NCBI GenBank assembly: GCA_963825135.1
Contig: CAWGRW010000009.1
Coordinates: 2,272,001 to 2,336,000 of the forward strand
DNA length: 64,000 bases
Source of the DNA: an uncultured bacterium
GTDB taxonomy: Bacteria > Desulfobacterota_D > UBA1144 > Nemesobacterales > UBA2774
Direction: 5' to 3'
Shown here: in pieces, positions 33,216 through 43,263 of the stretch
How positions within the stretch are numbered: position 1 is the stretch's first letter
How the letters are laid out: each line of letters opens with the position of its first letter
Translations under genes and position numbers: made by a program
Notes under the pieces: generated by a model
Databases searched by the model: none
Seen by the model: the letters and a program-made list of their open reading frames with translations, nothing else
What the model was told of the DNA's origin: nothing

Positions 33216-33713
33216 TTAATACTTCGTGCACTCCCTGACTTCTTTTAAATTTTTATGGTCGTTTCTCAGTATACCGTAGGCATGAGCCCATTCGTGCTTG
33301 AGTACGGGCAGAACGCCTCTCCTGTTAAAAGCCTTATAGCTTACTATTATTAATCTGTAATCCGAGTCGCACTCGCCGTTGCATCTGCCGTGGTGGTATT
33401 CACATTCGAATGTGCCGTTGACGACGGCGATCTTGTATTCCTTGGCTCCCTCACCCCGGTCCGTGATATTAAAACATCCGCTGAACTCGGCGAATTGCTC
33501 GTCCACGTTCTTCAGTATCTCGTCCCGCTCTCCCGGCACGGTCCCTGCAATACCGACCTTTAGTCCGTATTCCGGCGTTGTTTCATAGGGCAGTTTCTTG
33601 AGCTCGTCCTTGCTGAGCTCCTCAGGGTTCATGACCTGACCGAACTGCCCCACATTGGCGCATGAAGCTGTGGCGAGGAGAATAAGCACGATAGCCGGTA
33701 TTCCGATTCTCAT
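33216..33713 (-). CDS. Lipoprotein with HExxH zinc-peptidase-like motif
   Basis: Lipobox TASC; LKHEWAHAYG. Confidence 0.6.
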   Translation of the reverse strand: MRIGIPAIVLILLATASCANVGQFGQVMNPEELSKDELKKLPYETTPEYGLKVGIAGTVPGERDEILKNVDEQFAEFSGCFNITDRGEGAKEYKIAVVNGTFECEYHHGRCNGECDSDYRLIIVSYKAFNRRGVLPVLKHEWAHAYGILRNDHKNLKEVRECTKY

Positions 33714-33844
33714 GGTCAGGCGTAATAATATAACTTATCGGCGGCGGTTCATATCTGCATTCATGGGCCCTGCGGGAAAACCGGTGAGGTGTATAGAGTT
33801 GTCTCTTTGTTGTAATATAGAAGGGGCGTTCATCTCCGCTTCTT

Positions 33845-34351
33845 ATGACCGACTCGACAAATAAATGCAGCTCTTTTAAAAATTTTCTCGCCTGGTTCGG
33901 GTCAACCCGCGCCGGGGCTTGGACGATTATAAACCTGGGCTCCCGTCTCGATTCATGGCTGATACGGGCGACGGGCGGCAGGTACAACACCACGTTCGCC
34001 TGGTCCTGCCTGCTTCTCACGACGAAGGGAGCGAAGACGGGAAAGCCGAGGACTACCCCGCTTGTCTACGTGAGAGACGGGGAACGCCTCGTGCTCATAG
34101 CCTCCAAGGGAGGGAACCCGCGCCACCCGGCGTGGTATCTGAATCTCAAAGCCAATCCGGAGGTAGAGGTCTTCCTGGACGGGAAAAGCGCGAGGTACGT
34201 CGCCGCGGACGCGGAGGGGGAAGAGCGCGAAAGGCTCTGGAACAAGGCCGTCGGGGTGTATTCGGGTTACGAGAAATACAGGAGAAGGGCAGGGGGGAGA
34301 CAGATTCCAGTCGTGGTGATGGAGCCCGCATCTGTGCAACGAAAACTGTGA
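33845..34351 (+). CDS. Deazaflavin (F420)-dependent nitroreductase family (DDN) protein
   Basis: LLTTKGAKTGKPRTTPL, ASKGG..HPAWYLNLKANP, RQIPVV. Confidence 0.9.
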   Translation: MTDSTNKCSSFKNFLAWFGSTRAGAWTIINLGSRLDSWLIRATGGRYNTTFAWSCLLLTTKGAKTGKPRTTPLVYVRDGERLVLIASKGGNPRHPAWYLNLKANPEVEVFLDGKSARYVAADAEGEERERLWNKAVGVYSGYEKYRRRAGGRQIPVVVMEPASVQRKL

Positions 34352-34366
34352 TAACAAATCATCATC

Positions 34367-34696
34367 TCACTTCCCTGGAAGCGTCGAGACGAAGTCGACG
34401 CACCTGTCGATCCAGACCTTGAGATCCACGTCCTCCCTGTACCCCCCGGTCTCGACGTAGACGTACCCCTTCATCGGCTTGCCCGTGAAGTCCATGGGCC
34501 TCACGTGGGGCAGGGCTAAAGAGGCTTCGTATAGCCCGGGCCCGACCCTGGCCATTAGCAGGTCGTTCATTACCCCGCAGCACATGTTGCCGTTCAGCAT
34601 GAAAGCGATCCCCCCGAACATCTTCTTTTCCTTCGTGTCTAACTTTGCTGAAAATATTCCCCTTATACGCTCGGCGAGCTTTTCATCAAACGGCAT
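34367..34696 (-). CDS. TfoX/Sxy N-terminal domain protein
   Basis: EKKMFGGIAFMLNGNM, MDFTGKPMKG. Confidence 0.9.
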   Translation of the reverse strand: MPFDEKLAERIRGIFSAKLDTKEKKMFGGIAFMLNGNMCCGVMNDLLMARVGPGLYEASLALPHVRPMDFTGKPMKGYVYVETGGYREDVDLKVWIDRCVDFVSTLPGK

Positions 34697-34835
34697 TACG
34701 GGTTCTCCTTTGTTTGTTCTCTTTGCGAAATTATAACAGAAGTTAACTCGAATTCAGATTGAAAAGTAATATGAGAGATGCCGATGAGGTAGAGAGGGGA
34801 GGGGAGGTAATTGCCCTCCCCTCCTGACGGTTTAC

Positions 34836-35162
34836 TTACATATTTTTGTTGCTGCTCGTGGACGGGGTGTATCCCTCGACCTTTTTAATAGAGGCCGGTT
34901 TCCCGTTCTCGTAGGCCACGGTCACTTCGTCTCCGCTCTTAAGTCCCTGGAGCATCGAGGGGTCGCTGACGCTTACCATGTGGTATTTCCCCGACTGGTC
35001 CTTGAGAGTCAAACTATTGGTCTTTATCTTGGTAATTTGACCCGTGACGATTTTCGTGGCGGAAGCGACCTGCTGTCCCTGCTGATGAGGGACTGCAAAA
35101 GAATTCATCGCCGCTACCGAGAGCATTGCTGCTACTATCATACATGTGATTGTTCTGTTCAT
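34836..35162 (-). CDS. Small secreted OB-fold-like protein
   Basis: Signal peptide; VTGQITKI...LKSGDEVTVAY. Confidence 0.65.
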   Translation of the reverse strand: MNRTITCMIVAAMLSVAAMNSFAVPHQQGQQVASATKIVTGQITKIKTNSLTLKDQSGKYHMVSVSDPSMLQGLKSGDEVTVAYENGKPASIKKVEGYTPSTSSNKNM

Positions 35163-35254
35163 GATTGTTATAACCTCCGTTGTTTTTAAGTAAAAGCCTC
35201 AATACGGCCGGTAAAAGGGCCGCATTCAATATCTCTCAAAACCACAAATTGCTG

Positions 35255-35662
35255 TTATTTCGACGGAGGTGATCTTAGGTGGGAATATGCGAATGCAGTA
35301 TTGTAACGGAAGGAATTGATCGAGCTTTTCAGCAGGCGCTGTTTAAATCCGGGCCCGAACGATGTAATCAGGCTCGCGGCTAATGCGAGAAACAGAATAA
35401 ACGCTTTTTTAGTCGCGGGACCATTGCTGATTTCGTCATCGAGAATATAATTGTCCCCCTCGGTCATATAATTCGCGGAGTGCGGTTTGTAGTGTAGATT
35501 GATGGATCCCGATTGCGGTGAGTCAACCATGGGTGCGGAAGGAAAAGCGTAATGCGCTATAACGCCGATAAGGCCGAGATATACGAGTATTACAATCTTT
35601 CTTTTGGGGGTTAAGGCATTTGGATTTTCCGGAGTAATGAATCTTGCCATATCGGACAACAC
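35255..35662 (-). CDS. Hypothetical membrane protein
   Basis: Two hydrophobic segments; no family recognised. Confidence 0.4.
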   Translation of the reverse strand: MLSDMARFITPENPNALTPKRKIVILVYLGLIGVIAHYAFPSAPMVDSPQSGSINLHYKPHSANYMTEGDNYILDDEISNGPATKKAFILFLALAASLITSFGPGFKQRLLKSSINSFRYNTAFAYSHLRSPPSK

Positions 35663-35769
35663 ACGCTCTATTTCAATAGTCTAAGTTACGCTTTCGGAAT
35701 ATCAAGCGAAATTTTATTGCGGTCGACTGCCTGGTCTTTCCAATAGTTGATATTTCGGATCGGATAACT

Positions 35770-36513
35770 CTACCTGTTCGTGAGGTCGAATCTGACCGGT
35801 ACCGCGACCCAGCTTGAGGCCGGCCTGCCGGCTATCTTGCCCGGGATAAAAGTCCATTCTCTGACCGAGTTTAGAGCGGAATCGTCGAGCACATCGTACC
35901 CGGACGATTTGCGTATCTCTATCTTCCCGACGTTACCGTTCTCTAGTACGAAGACGTTTAAGACAACTAATCCTTCGTAACCGTGCCGTTTTGCGATCAT
36001 CGGATAATTCGGCTTGGGGTTCACGCCGTAGTCGGGATAGCCTATCTCGGCGCCTCTGCCGTCGCCCTTCGTATCGAGCCCGGTCCCTCTGTCTCCGAGT
36101 CCGCTCCCTCTCCCCTTGCCGTCCGGCGAGACGCTATCCGACTCCACGGCGTTTGCCGAGGGGATTGTGCTCTCAGCCGCTGTTGTTTGCTCCGTAACGG
36201 GCTGAATATCCCGACTTATTATCTCTTTCTTTTCGGTTTTTTCGGGGGGTGTTCTTTTAGTGACTACCATAACTGTCTTCTTTTCATGAGCCTTCTCGGC
36301 TTTCTTCACGGGTTCCGGCTCCCCCATCGGCGCGGGCTCGAGAGAATTCCCTTTTCCCCTTCCCGGATCGTTATATCTGGTTGTGACGCCGACCGTGAGT
36401 GGCTGGGCTAATTCGTCCGGCCTTTCCGGAGTGAGGGTAATAAATGCCGCGAAGACCGCGGCGTGCAGTATTAACGAAAGGAGGATGAATATTCCGATCC
36501 GCGAAAAGGGCAT
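35770..36513 (-). CDS. tonB: Energy transducer TonB
   Basis: N-terminal SxxxH TM (SLILH), Pro/Lys linker, PNYP..A..GYEG.V, SSG..LD. Confidence 0.92.
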   Translation of the reverse strand: MPFSRIGIFILLSLILHAAVFAAFITLTPERPDELAQPLTVGVTTRYNDPGRGKGNSLEPAPMGEPEPVKKAEKAHEKKTVMVVTKRTPPEKTEKKEIISRDIQPVTEQTTAAESTIPSANAVESDSVSPDGKGRGSGLGDRGTGLDTKGDGRGAEIGYPDYGVNPKPNYPMIAKRHGYEGLVVLNVFVLENGNVGKIEIRKSSGYDVLDDSALNSVREWTFIPGKIAGRPASSWVAVPVRFDLTNR

Positions 36514-36529
36514 ACGGTTTTCTCCGGAT

Positions 36530-36949
36530 TCAGGGCGCTTCCGATTTTTCGGCCGCTATGGCTATTTCCTTCGCTCCTGCTTCCTTTGCCTGGCTTATCA
36601 GCTTGACGGCATCCCCAAGGAGCGCGTTCTTGTCTCCTTCCAATACGACGACCTTGGTGTTGCTTTCGGAAAGAGCCTTTTTCAATTCCTGCTCGAAATT
36701 ATCTTTCTTCGTCTCTTTCTGGTTTATAAACGTTTTCCCGTCGGTAGTCAGCGTCACCACCACGTTTCTCGATACAGTTTCGGTTTTAGAGACCTCCGGC
36801 AGCTTGATATCAGCGCCCGATTCGATGAGGGCCGAGCTCGTGATCATGAAAATTATCAGGAGCACGAGGAATATGTCCGTGAGCGGGGTGATATTAATCT
36901 CCGCTACGATATCCTCATCGGTCTTTTCGTCAAGTTTCCCGATCGCCAT
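36530..36949 (-). CDS. exbD: Biopolymer transporter ExbD
   Basis: [20 protein letters not shown]. Confidence 0.93.
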   Translation of the reverse strand: MAIGKLDEKTDEDIVAEINITPLTDIFLVLLIIFMITSSALIESGADIKLPEVSKTETVSRNVVVTLTTDGKTFINQKETKKDNFEQELKKALSESNTKVVVLEGDKNALLGDAVKLISQAKEAGAKEIAIAAEKSEAP

Positions 36950-37580
36950 TGCCTGATCTCCCTTGTTTGTAAGCCTGAATGAATTTAGAGTGGTTGATTC
37001 TTAGCTCCGCGTTTATACCGGCGACCCTTACCTGAAGGTAATTGTAAGCGATGACCGCGATTATGGCCACGACGAGCCCTGCGGCCGTAGCGACGAGCGC
37101 TTCGGAAATGCCTCCCGCGACTACCGAGAAACCCCCCGTGCCGGCTATGGACATGTTATGGAAGGATTTGATGATTCCGACGACCGTGCCGAAAAGGCCG
37201 ATAAAAGGGGCGCTGCTGCCTATGGTTCCGAGGATCCATATGTTCTGCTTGAGGTCCTGGACCTCTTCGTACCTGCTTTCTTCCAGCTTCTCCGAAACAT
37301 CTATTGGATTAGCCGGTCTTTCTTCCGCCAGAATGGAATGATAGAGCCTCGCCTGCACGCTTTTCCTGTGCTTATTGCAGACGGAAAGCGCTGCGGAGAA
37401 GTCCCCTCTCGTCAACGGTGGTACGACAAGGCTCGTAAGCTTCCTCGTCGAGGACGCTAGGCCGCTGAATGCGAGTATCCTTTCCCCGAGTAGAGCTACC
37501 ATAATTATGGAGCACAGGATGAGAGGGTAGGTGGCGATCCAGCCCTGCTGTACCAGGTCGATTAAATTCAAACTCTGCAT
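36930..37580 (-). CDS. exbB: MotA/TolQ/ExbB proton channel
   Basis: [26 protein letters not shown]. Confidence 0.93.
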   Translation of the reverse strand: MQSLNLIDLVQQGWIATYPLILCSIIMVALLGERILAFSGLASSTRKLTSLVVPPLTRGDFSAALSVCNKHRKSVQARLYHSILAEERPANPIDVSEKLEESRYEEVQDLKQNIWILGTIGSSAPFIGLFGTVVGIIKSFHNMSIAGTGGFSVVAGGISEALVATAAGLVVAIIAVIAYNYLQVRVAGINAELRINHSKFIQAYKQGRSGNGDRET

Positions 37581-37848
37581 AATCTATCACCTCTTAATTC
37601 CGGTTTCTCTATATTGGTGTTCTTCATCCGGTATGAGCTTGGTATCCAGATAATCATATCCGATACAATCTGTTCCTCAATTGCTTATGTTGAATGCGTC
37701 AAAATATTTGCTGCTCTGCGGCCGGTCCGGTATGCGGCCCACACTCCGTCCGCACAAACCCTGAAACGGCGATTGTCTATGGTTGTAAACCATACTCTCC
37801 GGGCTTGATGTATCTATAAGAGGGCACATTATCTTGAAGTGTTCATCT

Positions 37849-37867
37849 GATAATGAATATCAATATC
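37849..37867. promoter_or_regulatory. Fur box upstream of exbB-exbD-tonB
   Basis: GATAATGAATATCAATATC matches the consensus GATAATGATAATCATTATC at 16/19. Minus-strand TTGACA at 37904-37899 lies just upstream. Confidence 0.7.
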
Positions 37868-38080
37868 GGTAGAATTAAGGTACATGAGTATTGGTTGGTG
37901 TCAATGTGAAATCTCGGAAGTTCCTGTAGAGCCATATTCATTTATTTCTGAAGTTGTTTGAGAATCTCCAACATCCGCTGTCCTTTTCTAAACAATCCTG
38001 ATTCATTCCCCCGCCTTCACGGGCACGAATAGCGATAGAACCCATTTCGATCATTAAAGTTATGCGCTTGCACTGACCAC

Positions 38081-38096
38081 TGGCATGCATGTTGCA
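38081..38096 (+). promoter_or_regulatory. Putative sigma54 (-24/-12) promoter
   Basis: TGGCATGCATGTTGCA has GG-N10-GC spacing, upstream of the DUF1328/csbD cluster. Confidence 0.5.
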
Positions 38097-38101
38097 CATT
38101 T

Positions 38102-38371
38102 ATGCTAAATATGCAAAAGACGATAAACATCAAGGAAGTCGCAATCGTACTCGGATTATCGGCGACTTTTCTCATAGTCGCGTTGCTTGCATTTACTTTC
38201 CTGATAGTCACTTTGATTCTCGTAATGCTGGGCTTCACGGGAATTGGAAGTACGGCGGCTGCGACAGCAAAAATTCTATTGCTGGTTTTCTTCGCGCTTT
38301 TTGTAGTCTCTCTATACCTCGGACGACGGGGGAGCAGTGTGACAAATAACCATCGAAGCCGTAGAAAATAG
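38102..38371 (+). CDS. N-terminally extended DUF1328-like membrane protein
   Basis: LGFTGIGSTAAATAKILLLVF resembles DUF1328. Start uncertain. Confidence 0.5.
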   Translation: MLNMQKTINIKEVAIVLGLSATFLIVALLAFTFLIVTLILVMLGFTGIGSTAAATAKILLLVFFALFVVSLYLGRRGSSVTNNHRSRRK

Positions 38372-38383
38372 GAGGTGATATCG

Positions 38384-38581
38384 ATGAACTGGGACCAAGT
38401 ACAGGGAAACTGGAAGCAGCTTAAGGGGAAGGCGAAGGAAGAATGGGGGAAGCTGACTGACGATGATCTCGATGTAATAAACGGCAAACGCGATCAGCTC
38501 GTAGGGAAGTTGCAGGAGAGATACGGGTACACGAGAGAGCAGGCTCAAAGGGCGGCCGATAGCTGGTCTAAAAACCATTGA
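38384..38581 (+). CDS. csbD: CsbD family stress protein
   Basis: MNWDQVQGNWKQLKGKAKEEWGKLTDDDL..QERYG; RBS GGAGGT. Confidence 0.93.
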   Translation: MNWDQVQGNWKQLKGKAKEEWGKLTDDDLDVINGKRDQLVGKLQERYGYTREQAQRAADSWSKNH

Positions 38582-38797
38582 GTTGTTTAGCTTTTGTCTT
38601 TAGACCTATTTACCCCATACCTCTGGCCGCTCTTCTCCTCGCAAACCTGGGAGGGCGGCTTGTTTCACAAGGAGCGGGTTCTGATTGAATGATAGTTAGC
38701 GGATTCGAAAAGTAGGCACGAAAATGCTGATTCACCTTTCCAGGTTAATGCATTCGGCCGATGATCGTTTCCGGATTCATAGAAGGGGGTGATAAAT

Positions 38798-38959
38798 ATG
38801 TTGAGCTGGGCTCTGACGTTTCTTGTAGTTGCCGTTATAGCAGCCGTTCTCGGGTTCACCGGTATTGCAGGAGCTGCAGCCGGTATCGCGAAGATATTGT
38901 TCGTGATATTCCTCGTGATTTTTGTAGTATCGCTCGTATTCGGCAGACGCGCGGTCTAG
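38798..38959 (+). CDS. DUF1328 (UPF0391) small membrane protein, absent from the ORF track
   Basis: My translation: [63 protein letters not shown]. Confidence 0.92.
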   Translation: MLSWALTFLVVAVIAAVLGFTGIAGAAAGIAKILFVIFLVIFVVSLVFGRRAV

Positions 38960-39014
38960 GCTATGTCGTTTGAATGGTCCAGGGGCTCCGGACATGGATC
39001 GGGCCGGAGTAATA

Positions 39015-39899
39015 TTATATGTTCGAATGAATCCTCGCTGAAAAATATCCGGACACGTTCGCTACCTGGGACAGTGCTATTAACAAAGAGAGGAACGTCT
39101 TATAACGGCATGAAGTCTTCCAGGGATAGAGTATCAAACCGGTGTAAAATTTCACGGGCTCAATCTTCAATGTATTCCGGCTCCGGCTAGCCCGGATATT
39201 GTGGAACTTATATGCGCCCTGTCCGTAATTAAAATGCTGCTTGAAGAATCCGCTCAGAGTAAGCGGGTGTGAGTGGCGCACTATAGCATCAGGGGCATAA
39301 ATCGTTTTATAACCGCAGTAGAGGTACCTGTCACAGAACTCCCTGTCTTCGGCTGCGGCGATTGGAAAAGTAGTATCGAATCCCCCGACTTTGAGGAATT
39401 GCTCTTTGGATAGGGCCATATTGTTTGAGGCTATGAACCTGGCTTCGTCCCTATTATTGTAGTAGGAATAGAGGAAGTCGGAGATCAGCTGGCTCGCAGT
39501 CGAATAGGAGTTGTCGGGCAGATCGTTGACTGTCCGTCCCGCGACTAATAGTTCAGGGTTTTGATTTAACGCATCTTCTAATTTTGTAAGCCAGTGCCGG
39601 GACGGCTTACAGTCATCGTCGGTAAATGCGAGGTATTTGCCGCTCGACTCCTCAGCGCCCCTGTTTCGCGCGGTAGCCGGCCCCGCATTGTCCTGCCTGA
39701 ACAGCTTTACGTTGATCCTCTTCCGAAACGCTCCGACAATTTCTTCGAGAGAGGTCTTGCTCCCGTCATCGACGACGATCACCTCGAAGCCGTCCCCGGG
39801 GTAAGCGATCTCGGCCGCCGAGTCCAGGCACTCTTTAAGCTGCTTCGGACGCCCGAAGGTCGGAATAACGATTGAGAAACGGGGTTCAAGCCGGTTCAT
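39015..39899 (-). CDS. Glycosyltransferase family 2
   Basis: SIVIPT, VVDDGS, GPATARN, FTDDDC, AEDRE. Confidence 0.93.
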   Translation of the reverse strand: MNRLEPRFSIVIPTFGRPKQLKECLDSAAEIAYPGDGFEVIVVDDGSKTSLEEIVGAFRKRINVKLFRQDNAGPATARNRGAEESSGKYLAFTDDDCKPSRHWLTKLEDALNQNPELLVAGRTVNDLPDNSYSTASQLISDFLYSYYNNRDEARFIASNNMALSKEQFLKVGGFDTTFPIAAAEDREFCDRYLYCGYKTIYAPDAIVRHSHPLTLSGFFKQHFNYGQGAYKFHNIRASRSRNTLKIEPVKFYTGLILYPWKTSCRYKTFLSLLIALSQVANVSGYFSARIHSNI

Positions 39900-40095
39900 G
39901 ATACAATATTATAGTCCATTCCGGGCAGGAAATGCTTTCTCGCCCGAGGGATCGGTCCTCCATTATGATAAATCCGTTCTTAAATGCTGAATAGTGAATA
40001 TCCCGATTGTGTTTATCTATCGATTACTGACCGGGTGTGTATGTACACCACATGAGATATTGCCATATCTACCCGGAAAATAAAGGGCCGCGAGG

Positions 40096-41619
40096 TTAGA
40101 TGTCGAGCTTTTGTCCCGTCATAGCGGCAGGGACAGGCTCTCCCAGGAGTGACAAAAAAGTCGGGGCGATGTTCAGAACCTCTATGTCGTCGATCTTTCC
40201 GCGTTTTTTTACGGAAGGTCCTGACAACGCGATGAATCCGTGAGCCGAATGGTCGCTTCTCCTGAAGAATTCGGGTCTTTTCTGTCTTATTTCTGCCTCG
40301 GGATGAACTACCCGCTCCATGAAGCTTCCGGGCTTCCATTCGACAAATATATCCGGTAGATACTCGTGCGGGGCACAATTAAAAATCTCCACGGCTTTAT
40401 TGACGGAGACGACGGCGGGTTCGCCCGTCGCAGGGTCGATCAATTTAAATAGCTCTCGCGTGATTCTATCAATCAGAGCGTGGTATTCATCTCCCGGTTC
40501 TACGATGCCCCGGGGTTCACGTCCCTTGAGATTGATACGTATGAAGCTCGTGTACGAGACAGGTATTGAAAAAGCCGTAGTCCGGTCCCAATCCGTTCCC
40601 TTCCTGAAGATGTCGGAGACCAATTGCTCCCTCTGCTCTCTGGACATTCGCTTGCTGAGCGCGATCCGCACCGATTCGGGGAGGAGTCTGCGCGCTATGT
40701 CTATGGGACTGAAGGAATACGGGCCGCTCTCGGGTGTCGCCTGATAGCCGAATTGTCTGCAAAAGGCTTCTCCCAGGCCCGCATTTGGAAAATCGTCTTC
40801 CATGCCGACCGAAGACACGATGCAGATGTTAGGGTTGTCGAATTTGTCGAGTGTCTGCCCGATCTCCGCGTCGATCGCCTTGTATACGTCTCTGATGGCA
40901 TATGTCAGTTCGCAATCTACATCTCCTATATCTCTGTTTTTCGGATGGTATTTCCAGAATTGATGATTCGCGGCGTGAGATTCGGCGAAGATCATTAAAG
41001 AGAGATCGAATCTGTCCCGGTCGATGAGATGACGGCACATCTCGCCTTTTATCCTGACATTTTCGATGAGTCTTCTATGGAGCTCTAAATCCTGTTCATA
41101 CGTGCTGCCGTGGTTCTCTTTCATCATCAGCTTGGCCCCGAACTTCCTGCTTATATCGTCAATGACATCGGGCGGTTCGGATGCGGTAACAAAATGGTAC
41201 GGGTCCCAATTATGGTGAGTCGCCCAGTTTGCGACCTGGATTCCCTTAAGCCCTTTATAGAGGCCCGTGTCGGCTGCATCGATAACAAGGGTTTTTTTAT
41301 TCGTTCCGATTAAATGTGACCAGAGGGGAGGGGCGTCTATATCGAGTCCCGTGACGGATTTTAGATCATAAGCCCCGGGTATTAATTGTCTGAAGTAGTA
41401 ATAACCGTGCCGGCCGCGGGAAATGCCGCTTAAGAGTGAGATCCATACTCCGTGCTCCGTAACCAGCTCCGGCCCCGCTGTCCTGCCCCATAAGCCGGTT
41501 TTCATGATGGAGGAAATGTTCGGCAAATGACCCTGATCGGCCCACTCTTCAATGAATATAGGATCACCGGCGTCTAAGCCTATGATAACCAGGGGAGGGC
41601 GTTCTTTATCGGGCGTCAT
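40096..41619 (-). CDS. Alkaline phosphatase / nucleotide pyrophosphatase superfamily protein
   Basis: IIGLDAGD, GHLPNI, INLKGREPRGIV, SDH...G, IAPTFL. Confidence 0.8.
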   Translation of the reverse strand: MTPDKERPPLVIIGLDAGDPIFIEEWADQGHLPNISSIMKTGLWGRTAGPELVTEHGVWISLLSGISRGRHGYYYFRQLIPGAYDLKSVTGLDIDAPPLWSHLIGTNKKTLVIDAADTGLYKGLKGIQVANWATHHNWDPYHFVTASEPPDVIDDISRKFGAKLMMKENHGSTYEQDLELHRRLIENVRIKGEMCRHLIDRDRFDLSLMIFAESHAANHQFWKYHPKNRDIGDVDCELTYAIRDVYKAIDAEIGQTLDKFDNPNICIVSSVGMEDDFPNAGLGEAFCRQFGYQATPESGPYSFSPIDIARRLLPESVRIALSKRMSREQREQLVSDIFRKGTDWDRTTAFSIPVSYTSFIRINLKGREPRGIVEPGDEYHALIDRITRELFKLIDPATGEPAVVSVNKAVEIFNCAPHEYLPDIFVEWKPGSFMERVVHPEAEIRQKRPEFFRRSDHSAHGFIALSGPSVKKRGKIDDIEVLNIAPTFLSLLGEPVPAAMTGQKLDI

Positions 41620-41693
41620 TAGTGAACATCAATTATAAATGGTTTTATTTCTCTTTCAATCTGCGGGAAGCTCACGATAAATCAAATCATCAA

Positions 41694-43193
41694 TCAGTGC
41701 TGACAAACGCTGCTTTTGCCTGATGGGACTGGTCTGAAGAGCAGCAGCTTCCGGAGGAAATAATTCTCCTTCTCGAAGAGCGCGGGATCGTCGCCGGGAT
41801 TTGATACCCGTTTATCTGTGCCTGCCCTGACATATTCGAGCTTGTTTTTATCGGATACGAAATTATAGTTCATGCTCATATAGCGTCTGAGCTCGAAATA
41901 TGGAAGTAAATATCCTTTTTCATGAAGAGCGTTGAGACGGGGGTCGGAGGAATACTTTATATCCACCAGGTCGTTCTGAAAATCAGCCAGGTAGTATGGA
42001 CGGCGCATTATCAAATGATTAGTACGCCCTCCTTCGGTATGCAGGTTGCTGAACATGGACCATGCGGTTTGTGTTTTGAGGCCGAGATAGGGGCTTGAAC
42101 CGTTGATAGCGACGAAGAGAGGGAACAACATTAATATTTTATAGCCGGGAATAAAATATCGACGCGTCTCATAGTGCGGGGGTTTTCCCCTTCGCAGTGA
42201 AATTAGGAATACTGCAATTATAGCGCTGCCGAATAATCCCCAGAGCACAAGGAATGCGTAGTAAAGTCTCGTTTTCCCGAGTTTCCCGACGTCCATCGGA
42301 TCTACGAAAGGTTGAACACTCGGATATTTTAATTTTGTGTAAATAAAGAGAGCTAAACAGGCGGCGCCCGTCATTATAAGAATCGGCGCTTTCACTTTAC
42401 CAATTAATTGTGGAACAGGGGGGAATTTATACATTTTCGGGATCCCAAAGTCATGCCACAGCCCTAGTAAATTTTCCGTAATATTGTCCGGGGTGAATAG
42501 AAACAGCAAGGCATATGTGACACCCGAAAAGTTATAGTATTCGAACATTCCCAGAATAAAATGGAAGACCAGTGCGATGACGATTCCGGCTGTACGCAGC
42601 CTGCTCGTTAGGAGAAAAAAGAGTATAGCGCATTCCACGATCAGGGTTCCGTATATGGGCATGGTTTCCGAGAACAAGGGCGCTTGAAAGAATCCCGGAT
42701 GATCGAACGATGATAAAAGTATTTTTGTTCCGCAGCTGACGGCCGGATCAAACCAATCAGTGTTGAGTTTGTGAAAGAGGGTGAAGAAGTAGAGTAAAAC
42801 GAGTTCGAGCCGCAGAGCGGGAGTGAACGTGTCAAATAATCTGGACCTATCAATACTTATGCCCCTGGCTGAGATGATAAGGATAAGTGCTGATACCAGA
42901 ATCGTAAGGTTAACTATCGACGCGAACAGCCAGTGGTTTGGAATCCACGGCATTTTGTCAAAGGCGTCGATGAGTTGCAATATTATTAATATGTAAAACC
43001 TGTAAGACGAGGAGGGTCTCAAAATAACGGATACAGCCGAGACTCCGAGCGCGAAAGATACCGGGGAGTGAAGCCAGATGTTCCACTTCCCGAGGTGAAA
43101 AATTACGGCTGCCGCCCACAGGAATGAAAATAAAGTGAATCTATCGTCCGATAATGATTTTTCTCGCGTCGTCTTTATCTTGCTAATATTCAT
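41694..43193 (-). CDS. Multi-pass membrane protein, HTTM-like
   Basis: NHW, FHKLNTDW, FH and MFSNL motifs; many TM helices. Confidence 0.6.
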   Translation of the reverse strand: MNISKIKTTREKSLSDDRFTLFSFLWAAAVIFHLGKWNIWLHSPVSFALGVSAVSVILRPSSSYRFYILIILQLIDAFDKMPWIPNHWLFASIVNLTILVSALILIISARGISIDRSRLFDTFTPALRLELVLLYFFTLFHKLNTDWFDPAVSCGTKILLSSFDHPGFFQAPLFSETMPIYGTLIVECAILFFLLTSRLRTAGIVIALVFHFILGMFEYYNFSGVTYALLFLFTPDNITENLLGLWHDFGIPKMYKFPPVPQLIGKVKAPILIMTGAACLALFIYTKLKYPSVQPFVDPMDVGKLGKTRLYYAFLVLWGLFGSAIIAVFLISLRRGKPPHYETRRYFIPGYKILMLFPLFVAINGSSPYLGLKTQTAWSMFSNLHTEGGRTNHLIMRRPYYLADFQNDLVDIKYSSDPRLNALHEKGYLLPYFELRRYMSMNYNFVSDKNKLEYVRAGTDKRVSNPGDDPALFEKENYFLRKLLLFRPVPSGKSSVCQH

Positions 43194-43263
43194 ATACCAA
43201 CGGCCTGATGCTTTCGTTCAATATCAGTCAGGCATGAATGGAAATGTGCTTATAAACACGCCG

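Noticed and set aside
38713..38729. sigma54 promoter before DUF1328
   Set aside because: GG-to-GC spacing is 9 nt, not 10.
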